From Lysobacterales bacterium (lineage in GTDB: Bacteria > Pseudomonadota > Gammaproteobacteria > Xanthomonadales > SZUA-5): 64,000 nucleotides of DNA. This document shows positions 49,455 to 59,462 of the stretch, piece after piece (positions within the stretch are counted from its first letter, which is position 1; each line of letters begins with the position of its first letter). Below the pieces are notes generated by a model. It searched no databases. It was not told the DNA's origin and saw only the letters and a program-made list of their open reading frames with translations. The stretch spans positions 64,001-128,000 of the forward strand of contig JALHMH010000004.1 of assembly GCA_022844165.1 (NCBI GenBank), written 5' to 3'. The translations under genes and the position numbers were made by a program.

Positions 49455-49692
49455 GGTTGTCTTGGCATGGCCACATCGTTGCGATCGGGTCACACTGACG
49501 GTGGCAGACGGCGCTACCGTGGCTGACGCGCTGATTCTGAGCGGCTTACCGGTGGATCCGGAAATCGGCGTGGGCGTGTTCGGCGCGCGAGTCTCGTTGA
49601 ACACACAGCTGGTCGATGGCGATCGCGTCGAAATCTATCGCCCACTGCAATTCGACCCCATGGAGGCACGACGCAGGCGGGCCAGGCGCTGA
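49441..49692 (+). CDS. rnfH: RnfH/RatB ubiquitin-like protein
   Basis: VEVV.A.P, GATV.DA, GVFG, L.DGDRVEIYRPL..DP.EARRRRA. Confidence 0.9.
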   Translation: MPTVEVVLAWPHRCDRVTLTVADGATVADALILSGLPVDPEIGVGVFGARVSLNTQLVDGDRVEIYRPLQFDPMEARRRRARR

Positions 49693-49724
49693 GGCGAAGG
49701 GCCTTTTGTGGCGAAGCCTCACTA
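49689..49724 (-). repeat. Short fragment of the dispersed repeat's left end
   Basis: Reverse complement TTAGTGAGGCTTCGCC...CTTCGCCTCAG. Confidence 0.45.
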
Positions 49725-49740
49725 AATTGGTGATGGCGCC

Positions 49741-50295
49741 TCAACCAAGCGGCCGCAGCACATCAATGGCGAACTCTGGTTCATAGGGCGGCACACTGCA
49801 CTCCACCACATCACCCGGAGCGATTTGCAATTTAACGCCGATGACATCGCCGTGGATCGGCAGTTGCGTCACGCAGCGGTCGGCCAGGACCACGCTATGG
49901 ACGCTCGCGGCGCCGGCCGCGCGCAGGTATTCGGCAACCCGGAAAAGCGAGTAACCCTGGTATAGAACATCGTCGACCACGAATACCTGGCGATTCCGTA
50001 CTTTGCTTGAAATATCCAGAGTCGTGTCCAGGCGCGTTTCCGGATGCAGAAGCTTCAAGTCGTCGGAGTAGCGTTTGACCATGAGATCAAGGCGCTCGAA
50101 AGACGATGCCTGTTCTTGATTGGTCAGCTTTTCGAGCATCCGGTCTGCCAAAGGCGACCCGCGGCGCAACATGCCCAGCAGCAATGGACGTTGTGTCTCG
50201 ATCAGCGCGGCCAAATGCCGTGCCATGCGCTCGATCACGGGTTCGAGCGCTGCGTGGTCGTACAGGCGAAAGCGTGTGCCAATCACCTCGGTCAT
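49741..50295 (-). CDS. PyrR-like phosphoribosyltransferase
   Basis: LLGMLRRG.PLA, L.V..YSDDL, VVDDVLYQG, VLADR...LPI..D..G. Confidence 0.75.
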   Translation of the reverse strand: MTEVIGTRFRLYDHAALEPVIERMARHLAALIETQRPLLLGMLRRGSPLADRMLEKLTNQEQASSFERLDLMVKRYSDDLKLLHPETRLDTTLDISSKVRNRQVFVVDDVLYQGYSLFRVAEYLRAAGAASVHSVVLADRCVTQLPIHGDVIGVKLQIAPGDVVECSVPPYEPEFAIDVLRPLG

Positions 50296-50545
50296 TGTGC
50301 TCGTCCGGCGGTCAGTGCTGAAGTGCATTGTGACATAAGCGCACCATCTGATCGGCCGTCGATCATGCGGCACGGCGCTTTGGAACCTGGGCTCACCTTT
50401 CATGAGTACCTTCACCCGCCGCATTGTTCGAATCTGGCGGTCGCCTCGACTGGCCGCTCTTGTGGAAACCGATGGTGCGGGTGCCCGCGCCCGCGTGCCG
50501 TACACTCAATTGACCTCTGGGAAAGCTGAATTTCCCGATCGAGAG

Positions 50546-50559
50546 TTGATCTTTGTCAA
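50546..50559. promoter_or_regulatory. FNR/Anr/FixK box upstream of ccoN
   Basis: TTGAT-CTTT-GTCAA versus consensus TTGAT-N4-ATCAA. Confidence 0.8.
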
Positions 50560-50611
50560 CCGCCGTCTGCGAACGCCGAAGGAGCATGGCGCCACCAAAT
50601 AAGGAGGTGCT

Positions 50612-52048
50612 ATGGCGCACGCAACTGAGAAGGTCGCCTACAACGATCGGGTGGTGATGCAGTTTGCAGTCGCCACACTGATCTGGGGCATCGTCGGAAT
50701 GGCGGTTGGATTGCTGATCGCCGCACAGCTGGCCTGGCCGGTTCTGAATTTCGACATTCCATGGTTGACGTATTCGCGACTCCGGCCGCTGCACACCAAT
50801 GCGGTGATTTTTGCGTTCGGCGGATGTGCGCTTTTTGCGACCAGTTATTACTGCGTACAGCGTACGTCGCACGCGAAACTCTTCGGTGGAAAGCTCGCCG
50901 AGTGGACCTTCTGGGGCTGGCAGTTGGTCATCCTGCTCGCCGCGATCACGTTGCCGCTCGGAATTACGCAAGGTAAGGAATACGCCGAACTGGCGTGGCC
51001 TATCGATATCCTGATTGCGGTCGTCTGGGTGTCCTATGGTGTGGTGTTTTTTGGAACCATCGCCAAACGCAAGGTAGAACACATTTACGTTGCGAATTGG
51101 TTTTTTGCGGCGTTCATCATCACCGTCGCGGTGCTGCATATCGTCAACTCGCTGGCGCTGCCAACGAGTCTCTGGCACAGCTATCCGGTGTATTCGGGTG
51201 CAGTCGATGCGATGGTGCAATGGTGGTACGGACACAACGCGGTCGGCTTCTTCTTGACCGCAGGTTTTCTCGGCATCATGTACTACTTCGTGCCCAAACA
51301 AGCGGGCTTGCCGATCTACAGCTATCGACTGTCGATCGTGCATTTTTGGTCGCTGATCGCGATCTACATGTGGGCTGGTCCGCACCATCTGCAATACACG
51401 TCGTTACCCGATTGGGCGCAGTCGCTTGGCATGGTGTTTTCTCTGATCCTGCTGGCGCCGAGCTGGGGCGGCATGATCAACGGCATCATGACCTTGTCGG
51501 GCGCATGGCACAAACTGCGCGACGATCCCATCTTGAAGTTCCTCATCGTCAGCTTGTCCTTCTACGGCATGAGTACCTTCGAGGGACCGATGATGTCGAT
51601 CAAGAGCGTTAACGCGCTATCGCATTACACCGATTGGACGATCGGCCATGTGCATTCCGGCGCATTGGGTTGGGTTGCGATGATTTCGATCGGTGCGTTG
51701 TACATGCTCTATCCACGCCTCCTTGGGCTAAAAGGGATGTACAGCACCCGCGCCATTGAATGGCACTTTTGGATCATGACCATAGGCGTTGTTTTGTACG
51801 CCGTGTCGATGTGGGTGTCGGGCATCGCGCAAGGGCTCATGTGGCGTGCAACCAATGAAGACGGCACCTTGACCTACACCTTCATCGAAGCGCTGAAGTT
51901 CACATATCCGTACTACTACATTCGGTTCTTCGGCGGGTTCTTGGTGGTGTGCGGCATGCTCTTGATGGCCTGGAATACGTGGAAAACCTTCGCCATGGCG
52001 AAAGGCGCTACGCGGCAAACAACGATCCTCACCGAACAGGTTGCTTGA
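50612..52048 (+). CDS. ccoN: cbb3-type cytochrome c oxidase subunit I
   Basis: [54 protein letters not shown]. Confidence 0.98.
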   Translation: MAHATEKVAYNDRVVMQFAVATLIWGIVGMAVGLLIAAQLAWPVLNFDIPWLTYSRLRPLHTNAVIFAFGGCALFATSYYCVQRTSHAKLFGGKLAEWTFWGWQLVILLAAITLPLGITQGKEYAELAWPIDILIAVVWVSYGVVFFGTIAKRKVEHIYVANWFFAAFIITVAVLHIVNSLALPTSLWHSYPVYSGAVDAMVQWWYGHNAVGFFLTAGFLGIMYYFVPKQAGLPIYSYRLSIVHFWSLIAIYMWAGPHHLQYTSLPDWAQSLGMVFSLILLAPSWGGMINGIMTLSGAWHKLRDDPILKFLIVSLSFYGMSTFEGPMMSIKSVNALSHYTDWTIGHVHSGALGWVAMISIGALYMLYPRLLGLKGMYSTRAIEWHFWIMTIGVVLYAVSMWVSGIAQGLMWRATNEDGTLTYTFIEALKFTYPYYYIRFFGGFLVVCGMLLMAWNTWKTFAMAKGATRQTTILTEQVA

Positions 52049-52051
52049 ACC

Positions 52052-52693
52052 ATGAATCACGAAAAGTTCGAGAAGAGCATTCTGCGCTTGGGCATTGCTG
52101 TGGCGATCGTGATCAGCTTCGGCGGGCTCGCACAAATTCTGCCGCTGATGTACGAGGCGCAGATCATCGAGCCGATGGCTGACATGAAACCGCGTACTGC
52201 ATTAGAGCAAGCGGGATTCGACATCTACATTCGCGAAGGTTGCTACAACTGCCACTCACAGCAAGTGCGCACGCTGCGTGCAGAAGTGGCGCGTTATGGG
52301 CACCATTCTCTGGCAGCCGAAAGTGTGTACGACCGGCCCTTCCAGTGGGGTAGTAAACGCACCGGACCGGATCTGGCGCGTGTGGGTGGCCGCTATAGCG
52401 ATGAGTGGCACCGCGTACATCTGCTGAATCCGCGCGATGTGGTGCCGGAGTCGAATATGCCGGGTTACCCATGGCTGGCAAAAAACCTCGTGGATGCAGA
52501 ACAAACCGAGGCGAACTTGCGCGGATTGCGCATGTTGGGCCATCCATACAGCGATGAAGACGTCGCTGCGGCTGCGGCGTTGGCGTCGAAGACCGAAATG
52601 GACGCCATGGTCGCTTATCTGCAGAGTCTTGGGCGATATGCGCCGAAGGTAGAGACTCTGACTCAGACCGCAACGGGAGGGGCATCGGAATGA
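52052..52693 (+). CDS. ccoO: cbb3-type oxidase subunit II
   Basis: [39 protein letters not shown]. Confidence 0.97.
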   Translation: MNHEKFEKSILRLGIAVAIVISFGGLAQILPLMYEAQIIEPMADMKPRTALEQAGFDIYIREGCYNCHSQQVRTLRAEVARYGHHSLAAESVYDRPFQWGSKRTGPDLARVGGRYSDEWHRVHLLNPRDVVPESNMPGYPWLAKNLVDAEQTEANLRGLRMLGHPYSDEDVAAAAALASKTEMDAMVAYLQSLGRYAPKVETLTQTATGGASE

Positions 52694-52827
52694 GCCTTTC
52701 AACCTTATTCGGCTTGATCACGGCGGCCAGCTTTGTTGCCTTTCTTCTGGTCATCGCTTATGCCCTGGTGTTGCCAAAGCACACCATCGATCGTGTTTCG
52801 AAACTGCCGCTGGAGGATGGTCCATGA
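52690..52827 (+). CDS. ccoQ: cbb3-type oxidase subunit IV (45 aa, below the ORF-track cutoff)
   Basis: [45 protein letters not shown]; single TM plus LPLED; ATGA overlaps with ccoO and ccoP. Confidence 0.85.
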   Translation: MSLSTLFGLITAASFVAFLLVIAYALVLPKHTIDRVSKLPLEDGP

Positions 52828-53753
52828 GCTTCGGATGGAGCGTATTTGTCATTGTCCTCACGCTGATCACGGTGCTTGGCAGCCTGTGGCTGTTGTTCGC
52901 CACTGCGCACGTCGAAAAGTCTAAAACCGGTGATGAGACTACCGGACACGTTTGGGACGGCGATCTGCGCGAATACAACAAGCCGCTGCCGCGTTGGTGG
53001 TTGTGGCTTTTCATCGCGACGATTGTGTTCTCCGCAGGATATGTTGCTGTGTTCCCTGGCTTTGGCTCGTTGCCGGGAACTTTCGGATGGACCTCCGATG
53101 GCGAACTGCGCGAAGAGTTGCGCGTCCATGAAGAGCGGGCACGTGCGATTTTTGCGGAGTTTGCGACTCAGCCAATCGAGGCATTAGTGAACAATCCGCG
53201 AGCGCAACAAATGGGCCGCAACTTGTACGCCACCCACTGCACTGGCTGTCACGGCGCGGACGCGCGCGGCAATCGTGGATTTCCGAACCTCACGGATACC
53301 GACTGGCAATGGGGCGGTGATGCCGCGTCGGTGGTCAAGACCATCAATGAGGGAAGAATTGCCGCAATGCCCGGGTGGCGAGACGCCTTGGGCGGCGACG
53401 CCGGTGTAACGGCGATGGTTGAATACGTTAAGTCGTTGTCCAATCGCAGCCATAATCCGCGTCTGGCTGCGGAAGCCAAGCCCAAATACGACATGTTATG
53501 TGTTGCCTGCCATGGCTCCAAAGGTGAGGGCAATATCGCACTCGGATCGCCGCATCTGAACGATCCTGTTTGGCTGTATGGCGGCGAGACGGAAGCAATA
53601 TTCCAGAGCATCGCCGTTGGCCGCAATGGCAACATGCCGGCGCATGGCTGGTTGGGCGAAGATCGGATTCGTGTGATCGCTTCCTGGGTCATGGCGCAGG
53701 CGGTATCGACAGAACCAGTGGTGCCGACAGCCGCGGCGGCGGGCGGCAATTGA
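52824..53753 (+). CDS. ccoP: cbb3-type oxidase subunit III
   Basis: TTGHVWDGDLREYNKPLPRWW, CTGCH, GFPNLTD.DW, CVACH, GNMPAH. Confidence 0.97.
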   Translation: MSFGWSVFVIVLTLITVLGSLWLLFATAHVEKSKTGDETTGHVWDGDLREYNKPLPRWWLWLFIATIVFSAGYVAVFPGFGSLPGTFGWTSDGELREELRVHEERARAIFAEFATQPIEALVNNPRAQQMGRNLYATHCTGCHGADARGNRGFPNLTDTDWQWGGDAASVVKTINEGRIAAMPGWRDALGGDAGVTAMVEYVKSLSNRSHNPRLAAEAKPKYDMLCVACHGSKGEGNIALGSPHLNDPVWLYGGETEAIFQSIAVGRNGNMPAHGWLGEDRIRVIASWVMAQAVSTEPVVPTAAAAGGN

Positions 53754-53995
53754 TGGCCACCGAAGCGGCGGTTTGGCGTTGGGGAGCGGTACTCTGGCCG
53801 TCGTTTTTTGCGGCCGGTGTGATGACCGCCGTCTTCTTTGCCTTGATCGATCCGTTGGACTTGAATGCCATCAGTGCACTGCCGATCGAAGTGACGCGCG
53901 AGCAGGGTTATACGATCGGCTTTTTCATGTTCTGGATTGGCGCCGCCAGTTCATCGTGGTTCACCGCGCTGCTGTTGAAGAAGCACGATGAGTGA
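53753..53995 (+). CDS. Small membrane protein in the cco cluster
   Basis: VLWPSFFAAG.....FF..IDP.DL...R..GYTIGFF.FW; coupled between ccoP and ccoG. Confidence 0.8.
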   Translation: MATEAAVWRWGAVLWPSFFAAGVMTAVFFALIDPLDLNAISALPIEVTREQGYTIGFFMFWIGAASSSWFTALLLKKHDE

Positions 53996-55379
53996 CGATC
54001 TGGTTTTTCTTTACGAGCGCGCGGCGAAGATCTACCCGCGTGCGATTGATGGGCGTTTTCAGAAGCTGCGCAAGGCGGCGGTGTTCTGGCTGCTCGGTAT
54101 GTACTACCTGTTTCCATGGCTCAATTGGGACGGGCGGCAAATGGTGTTATTCGACCTCCCGGCGCGCAAGTTTTATGTCTTCAGCTGGGTCGTTTGGCCG
54201 CAAGACTTCATTTTCCTTGCCGCGTTCCTCATCGCTTGTGCGTTGAGTTTGTTTTTCTTCACAGCACTGGCTGGTCGGCTCTGGTGCGGGTATGCGTGCC
54301 CACAAACGGTGTGGACCGAAGTGTTCTTGTGGATCGAACACCACACTGAGGGTGATCGCAACGCGCGCATGCGGCTCGACAAGGTGCCGATGTCGCTGCG
54401 CAAGTTCCGCATCAAAGCGAGCAAACAACTGCTTTGGATCGGGCTTGCGCTTTGGACAGGCTTTACCTTTGTCGGGTTCTTCACCCCGATTCGCCAGCTG
54501 GCGCTCGACTTTCCGCTGCAATGGGACCTGACGCGGTGGTTTTGGGTACTGTTCTACGGCGGCGCAACTTATGCCAATGCGGCGTATCTGCGCGAACAGG
54601 TATGCAAATACATGTGCCCATACGCGCGATTTCAGAGCGCCATGCTCGATCGCGACAGCCTCATCATCAGCTACGACGAATCCCGCGGCGAACCGCGTGG
54701 CGCGCGTCGCCGCGATGTTCCGGATCGCGCCAGTCGGCTGCAGGAGGGCAGCACTCCCAGCACTGCAGAATTGGGCGATTGCATCGAGTGCAAAGCCTGC
54801 GTGTTGGTCTGCCCGACTGGCATCGACATTCGCAAAGGCTTGCAATACGAGTGCATCGGCTGCGCGGCGTGTATCGATGCGTGCGACGAAGTGATGGACA
54901 AAGTGGGTTATCCGCGTGGTCTGGTACGCTATAGCACCGAGAACGCGATGCAGGGAAAAGCGTCCAGGCTGCTCCGGCCCCGGGTCATCATTTACGGAAT
55001 GATCTTATTTGCCCTGTGCGCGTCTGTGTTGCTTGGCGTTTTGCTGCGCAAGCCGGTGATCATGGATGTCATTCGCGATCGCGGTGCGTTGTATCGCTTT
55101 GCCAATGACGGCCGGGTCGAAAACGCCTACCAGGTCAAGCTCATTCATCAACGCGAGGAACCGGGCGTCTATGAGCTGCGTGTATTGACGCCAGGATTTG
55201 AGCTCGTTGCGCCGGCGCGAATTGAGGTGACTGCTGGTCAGGTGCGTAACCTGGCGGTGACGCTGCGCCAACCAGAAGAAGCGGCGCGCGGTGCGAAGGA
55301 TGTTGTGCTTGAGGTGATTGACGTTGCCGATCCGACGTTGCGCGTGCAGGAGCGAACGCGATTTTTCGGGCCAGGTTGA
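53988..55379 (+). CDS. ccoG: Cytochrome c oxidase accessory protein CcoG (4Fe-4S)
   Basis: GRLWCGYACPQTVWT, REQVC.YMCPYARFQ, CIEC..CV.VCPTGIDIR.GLQYECIGC..CIDAC. Confidence 0.96.
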   Translation: MSDDLVFLYERAAKIYPRAIDGRFQKLRKAAVFWLLGMYYLFPWLNWDGRQMVLFDLPARKFYVFSWVVWPQDFIFLAAFLIACALSLFFFTALAGRLWCGYACPQTVWTEVFLWIEHHTEGDRNARMRLDKVPMSLRKFRIKASKQLLWIGLALWTGFTFVGFFTPIRQLALDFPLQWDLTRWFWVLFYGGATYANAAYLREQVCKYMCPYARFQSAMLDRDSLIISYDESRGEPRGARRRDVPDRASRLQEGSTPSTAELGDCIECKACVLVCPTGIDIRKGLQYECIGCAACIDACDEVMDKVGYPRGLVRYSTENAMQGKASRLLRPRVIIYGMILFALCASVLLGVLLRKPVIMDVIRDRGALYRFANDGRVENAYQVKLIHQREEPGVYELRVLTPGFELVAPARIEVTAGQVRNLAVTLRQPEEAARGAKDVVLEVIDVADPTLRVQERTRFFGPG

Positions 55380-55456
55380 AGTCCGGAGCGGTCGTTGGAT
55401 ACGAGCCGATCAGCGACAATCAGCATGCCCGGTGTCTGGCGCAGATCGCTGGGGAA

Positions 55457-55470
55457 TTGACCGGCGTCAA
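55457..55470. promoter_or_regulatory. FNR-type box between ccoG and ccoH
   Basis: Dyad TTGAC-CGGC-GTCAA in the gap upstream of the SD (GGAGG 55520) and TTG 55532. Confidence 0.6.
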
Positions 55471-55531
55471 TCAGGCCGCGCCGACGACGGTAGACCATAT
55501 GCGGACTGTTGGCGCAGCCGGAGGGTCCGAG

Positions 55532-55984
55532 TTGAAAAATATCGCAATCGTCATCGCACTGGTGCTGCCGCTAATCATCGCCGTTGGTGGCGGCATGGTG
55601 ACTTTGTTCCTCGCGCTGAACTACGGCGACAAGCCATTGCCGGTTGCGATCCACAAAAAGGGTCCGGTGCAATTCGGCACTGCCAAAGCGACCGAGCGAG
55701 CGACAGAGCAGGCACTCAGCGGCGATCTGTCCTGGGATGATCAACGGATCCATCTGCGTCTGCCCGGTGTAAGCGACCAAACGCTCCGTTTGCTGCTGTG
55801 GCATCGAACGGCCGGGTCACCGGATCGCAGGATCGAATTGACGTCAGTCGCCCCGGGCGAGTACGTCGGAATTGGTGAGCGGCCTTCCCAGGCCTGGCAG
55901 GCGTTGGTTGAGCCGATCGATCGCCGTTTCGCTCTTCAGGCTCCGCGTATCGTCGACCGCACAATTCTTGAGCCGATGCCATGA
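55532..55984 (+). CDS. ccoH: FixH/CcoH family protein
   Basis: N-terminal TM (IALVLPLIIAVGGG..TLFLA), L.L.H.T....D..I.L....G.Y; located between ccoG and ccoI. Confidence 0.7.
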   Translation: MKNIAIVIALVLPLIIAVGGGMVTLFLALNYGDKPLPVAIHKKGPVQFGTAKATERATEQALSGDLSWDDQRIHLRLPGVSDQTLRLLLWHRTAGSPDRRIELTSVAPGEYVGIGERPSQAWQALVEPIDRRFALQAPRIVDRTILEPMP

Positions 55985-58224
55985 AAGCGCTGGCGTCCTG
56001 CTGCGTGCACTGTGGAGCGCCGAGCACCAGCGCCTTCTGCTGCACTGGCTGTGAGGCAGCTGCCTCGCTGCTGAGCGCAGTTGCGTCTGGTGCGGGAAGT
56101 GCGCGCGCGCGCGATACCAGTGTGCGGCAAGCGGTGGTGTTGGCTGTGCCGACGATCAGTTGCGGCGCATGCGCGGCTGCGATCGAACGCGCGCTCATGC
56201 CGCTTGCGAGCGAGTTGGACGCGCTGCAGGTGGAAGTCGCAAAACGCCAGGTGCGGTTGCGGGTGAGCGAATCGAATCTGCCGTTGGTTATGCAAACACT
56301 GGCCAACGCAGGTCATCCTGCAACGCCCATCGGCGCTGCTGCCAAAGACGAACGCAGCGCCGAGCGCAGTGAGTGGCTGCGTTTGGGCGTCGCCTGGTTT
56401 GCGTTGATGCAAGGCATGATGTTCACGGAGGCGTTGTATTGGGGCCAGGGCGAAATGGAACTGCCGGTCCGCGACGGCTTTCGCTGGCTGGCATTCCTGA
56501 TCACGTCGATCTCGATTGCCTATGCAGGCAGCCCGTTTCTGCGCGGCGCCATGGGCGAGCTTGGTGCTCGCCGCATCGGTATGGATTTCCTGATCTCCAT
56601 ATCCGTGCTGCTTGCGTATGGCGTCAGCGTGCTCGAGACGTTCCGCGGTGGCGATGTGGTTTATTACGACGCTGCGCTCATGTTTGTTGCTTTTTTGCTC
56701 ACAGCGCGCACGATCGAGGCACGCGCCACGCGCAGCGCACGGCGGCGCATCGAAGCGCTCAGCGCACCGTTGCCGGAGACGGTCATGCGTTGGCGCCAAA
56801 CAGAGTGGATCGCAACGCCGCTGGCAGCAATTCGGATTGGCGATGAGTTGCATCTGGACGCTGGCGCTGTGGTTCCGGTGGACGGGCTGTTGGTGATGGC
56901 CGCGGAAGTCGACGAATCGTCGCTGACAGGCGAAGCGCATGCGATCTTTCAGCCGGCGGGCGCCCGGATATACGCCGGTAGCCGGGCGGTGACCGCGTTG
57001 CGCGTTCGCGTGAGTGAAGTCGTCGAGCGCAGCACACGCGCACAACTGGCACGAATTGCCGCCGAGGCGCTCGCAGATCGACCGCCCTGGCTCGCGGCCG
57101 GCGAACGTTATGCGGGTGTTTTCACGGTGACGATGTTGGGTCTGGCGATCGCCAGTTTTGCGCTATTGAGTCTGTCCGGAAGCGACCGTGGTTTGCCCAC
57201 CGCATTGGCGGTACTGGCTGCCAGTTGTCCATGCGCATTTGCGCTCGCGTTGCCGGCCGCACTCGCTGCAGCCCAATCATCGTTGGCAGGGGCTGGCATG
57301 TTGCTCAAACGCGGCTCGGCACTGGCTGCACTGGCAGACGTGCACCTGTTATGTAGCGACAAAACCGGCACGCTGACTGCTGCCCGGTCGACGCTACGCG
57401 ACGTTCAGCTGGTTGCAGATGTGCCGCGTGAACGGGTTTTGGCGATCGCCGCTGCGCTGGAGCGCGATGTGACGCATCCGCTGGCGGAGGCATTTGCGCC
57501 CTACGATCAGCATATCGAGCGGCACGACCACAGCGTTGCCTTGGGCGCCGGTCCCTCGGCTTTGATCGATGGCCAGCGTTGGTCGTTGCAGGCCCATCGG
57601 GAGCGTGTTGCGCTGTTTCGTGGCGAGCAACCTGTCGCACAGTTTGTGATCGACGATCCGGAACGACCTGGTGTTCGATCTTTGCTGCAAGGTTGCGCAG
57701 ATCGAGGCATTGAGGTCGCACTTCTGAGTGGCGACGCGCCATCGCGGGTCGCGGAGTTTGCGGCAGGGTTGGGTTTGCGCAATGCCCATGGTGGCTTGAA
57801 ACCGCAGGATAAGCTCGCCTGGCTACGTGCTCAGTCGGTATCGACAGTGATGTTGGGTGATGGTCTGAACGATGCGCCTGTGCTCGCCGCTGCCACGGTA
57901 TCGGTCGCAATGGGGCAGGGGGCGGGCGATGCGCACCGTGCCGCGGACGTGGTGCTGCTCGGTTCGGATGTGACCAAACTACTGTTTTTGTTCGATTTGG
58001 CGCGGCGCTTGAAGCGCATTGTGCATCAAAACTACGCATGGGCATTGGGTTACCATGCGTTGATGCTGCCACTTGCGTTGTCTGGCGCCATGCCGCCATG
58101 GGCTGCCGCGATCGGCATGGCGGCCAGCTCGCTGATCGTGACGTTGAATGCGCTGCGATTGCGCAGCCCTGGCCAATCAAACTCCATTCTGTTCGATCAT
58201 CCTCCATTGAGCACTGTGCGATGA
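55981..58224 (+). CDS. ccoI: Heavy-metal (Cu) P1B-type ATPase CcoI/FixI
   Basis: N-terminal C.HCG...FCC.GC, HMA CGAC, DESSLTGE, CPC, DKTGT, GDGLNDAP. Confidence 0.92.
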   Translation: MKALASCCVHCGAPSTSAFCCTGCEAAASLLSAVASGAGSARARDTSVRQAVVLAVPTISCGACAAAIERALMPLASELDALQVEVAKRQVRLRVSESNLPLVMQTLANAGHPATPIGAAAKDERSAERSEWLRLGVAWFALMQGMMFTEALYWGQGEMELPVRDGFRWLAFLITSISIAYAGSPFLRGAMGELGARRIGMDFLISISVLLAYGVSVLETFRGGDVVYYDAALMFVAFLLTARTIEARATRSARRRIEALSAPLPETVMRWRQTEWIATPLAAIRIGDELHLDAGAVVPVDGLLVMAAEVDESSLTGEAHAIFQPAGARIYAGSRAVTALRVRVSEVVERSTRAQLARIAAEALADRPPWLAAGERYAGVFTVTMLGLAIASFALLSLSGSDRGLPTALAVLAASCPCAFALALPAALAAAQSSLAGAGMLLKRGSALAALADVHLLCSDKTGTLTAARSTLRDVQLVADVPRERVLAIAAALERDVTHPLAEAFAPYDQHIERHDHSVALGAGPSALIDGQRWSLQAHRERVALFRGEQPVAQFVIDDPERPGVRSLLQGCADRGIEVALLSGDAPSRVAEFAAGLGLRNAHGGLKPQDKLAWLRAQSVSTVMLGDGLNDAPVLAAATVSVAMGQGAGDAHRAADVVLLGSDVTKLLFLFDLARRLKRIVHQNYAWALGYHALMLPLALSGAMPPWAAAIGMAASSLIVTLNALRLRSPGQSNSILFDHPPLSTVR

Positions 58225-58358
58225 ATAGTCTGCTATTCCTGCTTCCGATCAGTGCCTTGCTGGTGGTTGTCGCGCTAAGAGCATTTTGGTGGGCTGTGCA
58301 CAACGAACAATTCGAGAATCTCGACACTGCCGCCAAGAGTGTGCTCGATGATGAGTAG
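58221..58358 (+). CDS. ccoS: cbb3 oxidase maturation protein
   Basis: MNSLLFLLPIS......AFWWAV...QFENLD.AA.SVL.D. Confidence 0.9.
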   Translation: MNSLLFLLPISALLVVVALRAFWWAVHNEQFENLDTAAKSVLDDE

Positions 58359-58388
58359 CCGCGCGCCAGCGAACCCAAAAGCAAGGGC

Positions 58389-59054
58389 ATGGACAGTCTG
58401 CTTGTCCTGATCTCGGGTCTTGGCCTGGGCGCAATTGCCAGTGGCCATTGTGCGTTGATGTGCGGCGGGTTGGTGGCCAGCTTGCGCTTGTGCAGTGCCC
58501 GTTCTTCGCCGTTGCTGTGGTTGGGTCGACTCATCAGCTACACCGCTCTTGGCGGACTTGCCGGCTCGGTTTTGTCCTGGTTGCCGCGCAGTGAATTGGC
58601 CGCTGATGTGGTGCGAATTGCGTTTGTGCTGTCGATTCTGCTCGCGGTAATCGCATTACGAACGCCTCAGCACTTTGCCTCTCGACAGTTGCGTTCGCAC
58701 GTGGCCGGACCTGCGGGCACGTTCTTTGGCTTTTGGCCCTCGTTTGCGCCACGGGTTCGTGCGCTTGTGGCAAACAACTCGGGTGCAGCTCGCTTCGGCT
58801 TGGGGTTGTTTTGGGGTTTGTTGCCTTGCGCTGCACTGCACACCACCTTGGTTGCGGCGTCGATTAGCGGGAGCGCAAACAACGGCGCGCTACTGCTATT
58901 CGGTTTTGCGGCCGGCACCAGTCCAGTGCTGTGGTGGACCGAACGGCGGTTTGGTCTGCCCATCGCGCATATGCGCTGGGCGTTGTTGCTGCTACCGCTG
59001 CCATTGCTGGCGCATCCAGCCGTGTTGCCGTGGCTGATCGAGTGCGTGAGTTAG
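58389..59054 (+). CDS. DsbD_2/TauE-like membrane protein of cco clusters
   Basis: HC..MCGG, GRL.SY..LG, G..WGLLPC, F..GT.P. Confidence 0.85.
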   Translation: MDSLLVLISGLGLGAIASGHCALMCGGLVASLRLCSARSSPLLWLGRLISYTALGGLAGSVLSWLPRSELAADVVRIAFVLSILLAVIALRTPQHFASRQLRSHVAGPAGTFFGFWPSFAPRVRALVANNSGAARFGLGLFWGLLPCAALHTTLVAASISGSANNGALLLFGFAAGTSPVLWWTERRFGLPIAHMRWALLLLPLPLLAHPAVLPWLIECVS

Positions 59055-59072
59055 TCGTCCGTTCCCTGAGTG

Positions 59073-59242
59073 CTGGCCAGGCTTCGCCTCAGACCGACGA
59101 GCATTGCTGGCTTCGTCCGACAGCGTACTCGCCACATCCCCGCGCTACGCATTTCCGGCCCGGCGGCAAAGCCGCCGGTCGTTCGGATCGGCACACGCCT
59201 ATCGGCGTGTAAGCGCCGGTCCTCACCCCCTTGGCTCAAGGA
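59073..59242 (+). repeat. Partial copy (left ~170 bp) of dispersed repeat
   Basis: CTGGCCAGGCTTCGCCTCAGACCG...CATTTCCGGCCC...ACACGCC..GGCGTGT...CTCACCCCCTT. Confidence 0.85.
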
Positions 59243-59366
59243 GCCGCCGGTCGTTCAAGTCGGCTCGCGGCATGCCGCGAAAGCCACCGACTTTCACCCT
59301 CGTCGCGCCTTGCCTGACGCCGAAATCCATCGGAAATATTGTTCAACTTAATGACGGAACACCACA

Positions 59367-59421
59367 CTAGCGAGGCTTTGCCTTAGACCGCCGAGAAGAT
59401 CTGTGACGATGCTTCGACTCT
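59367..59421 (+). repeat. Short, possibly internally deleted copy of dispersed repeat
   Basis: CTAGCGAGGCTTTGCCTTAGACCGCCGAG followed by AAGATC...GACTCT resembling the right end. Confidence 0.55.
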
Positions 59422-59462
59422 TCACTATGCTCCGCCGGTCTTGATCTCAAATGGGTCATCGT

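Noticed and set aside
49002-49692. ratA-rnfH as a novel toxin-antitoxin or defence module
   Set aside because: Standard conserved proteobacterial locus beside smpB.
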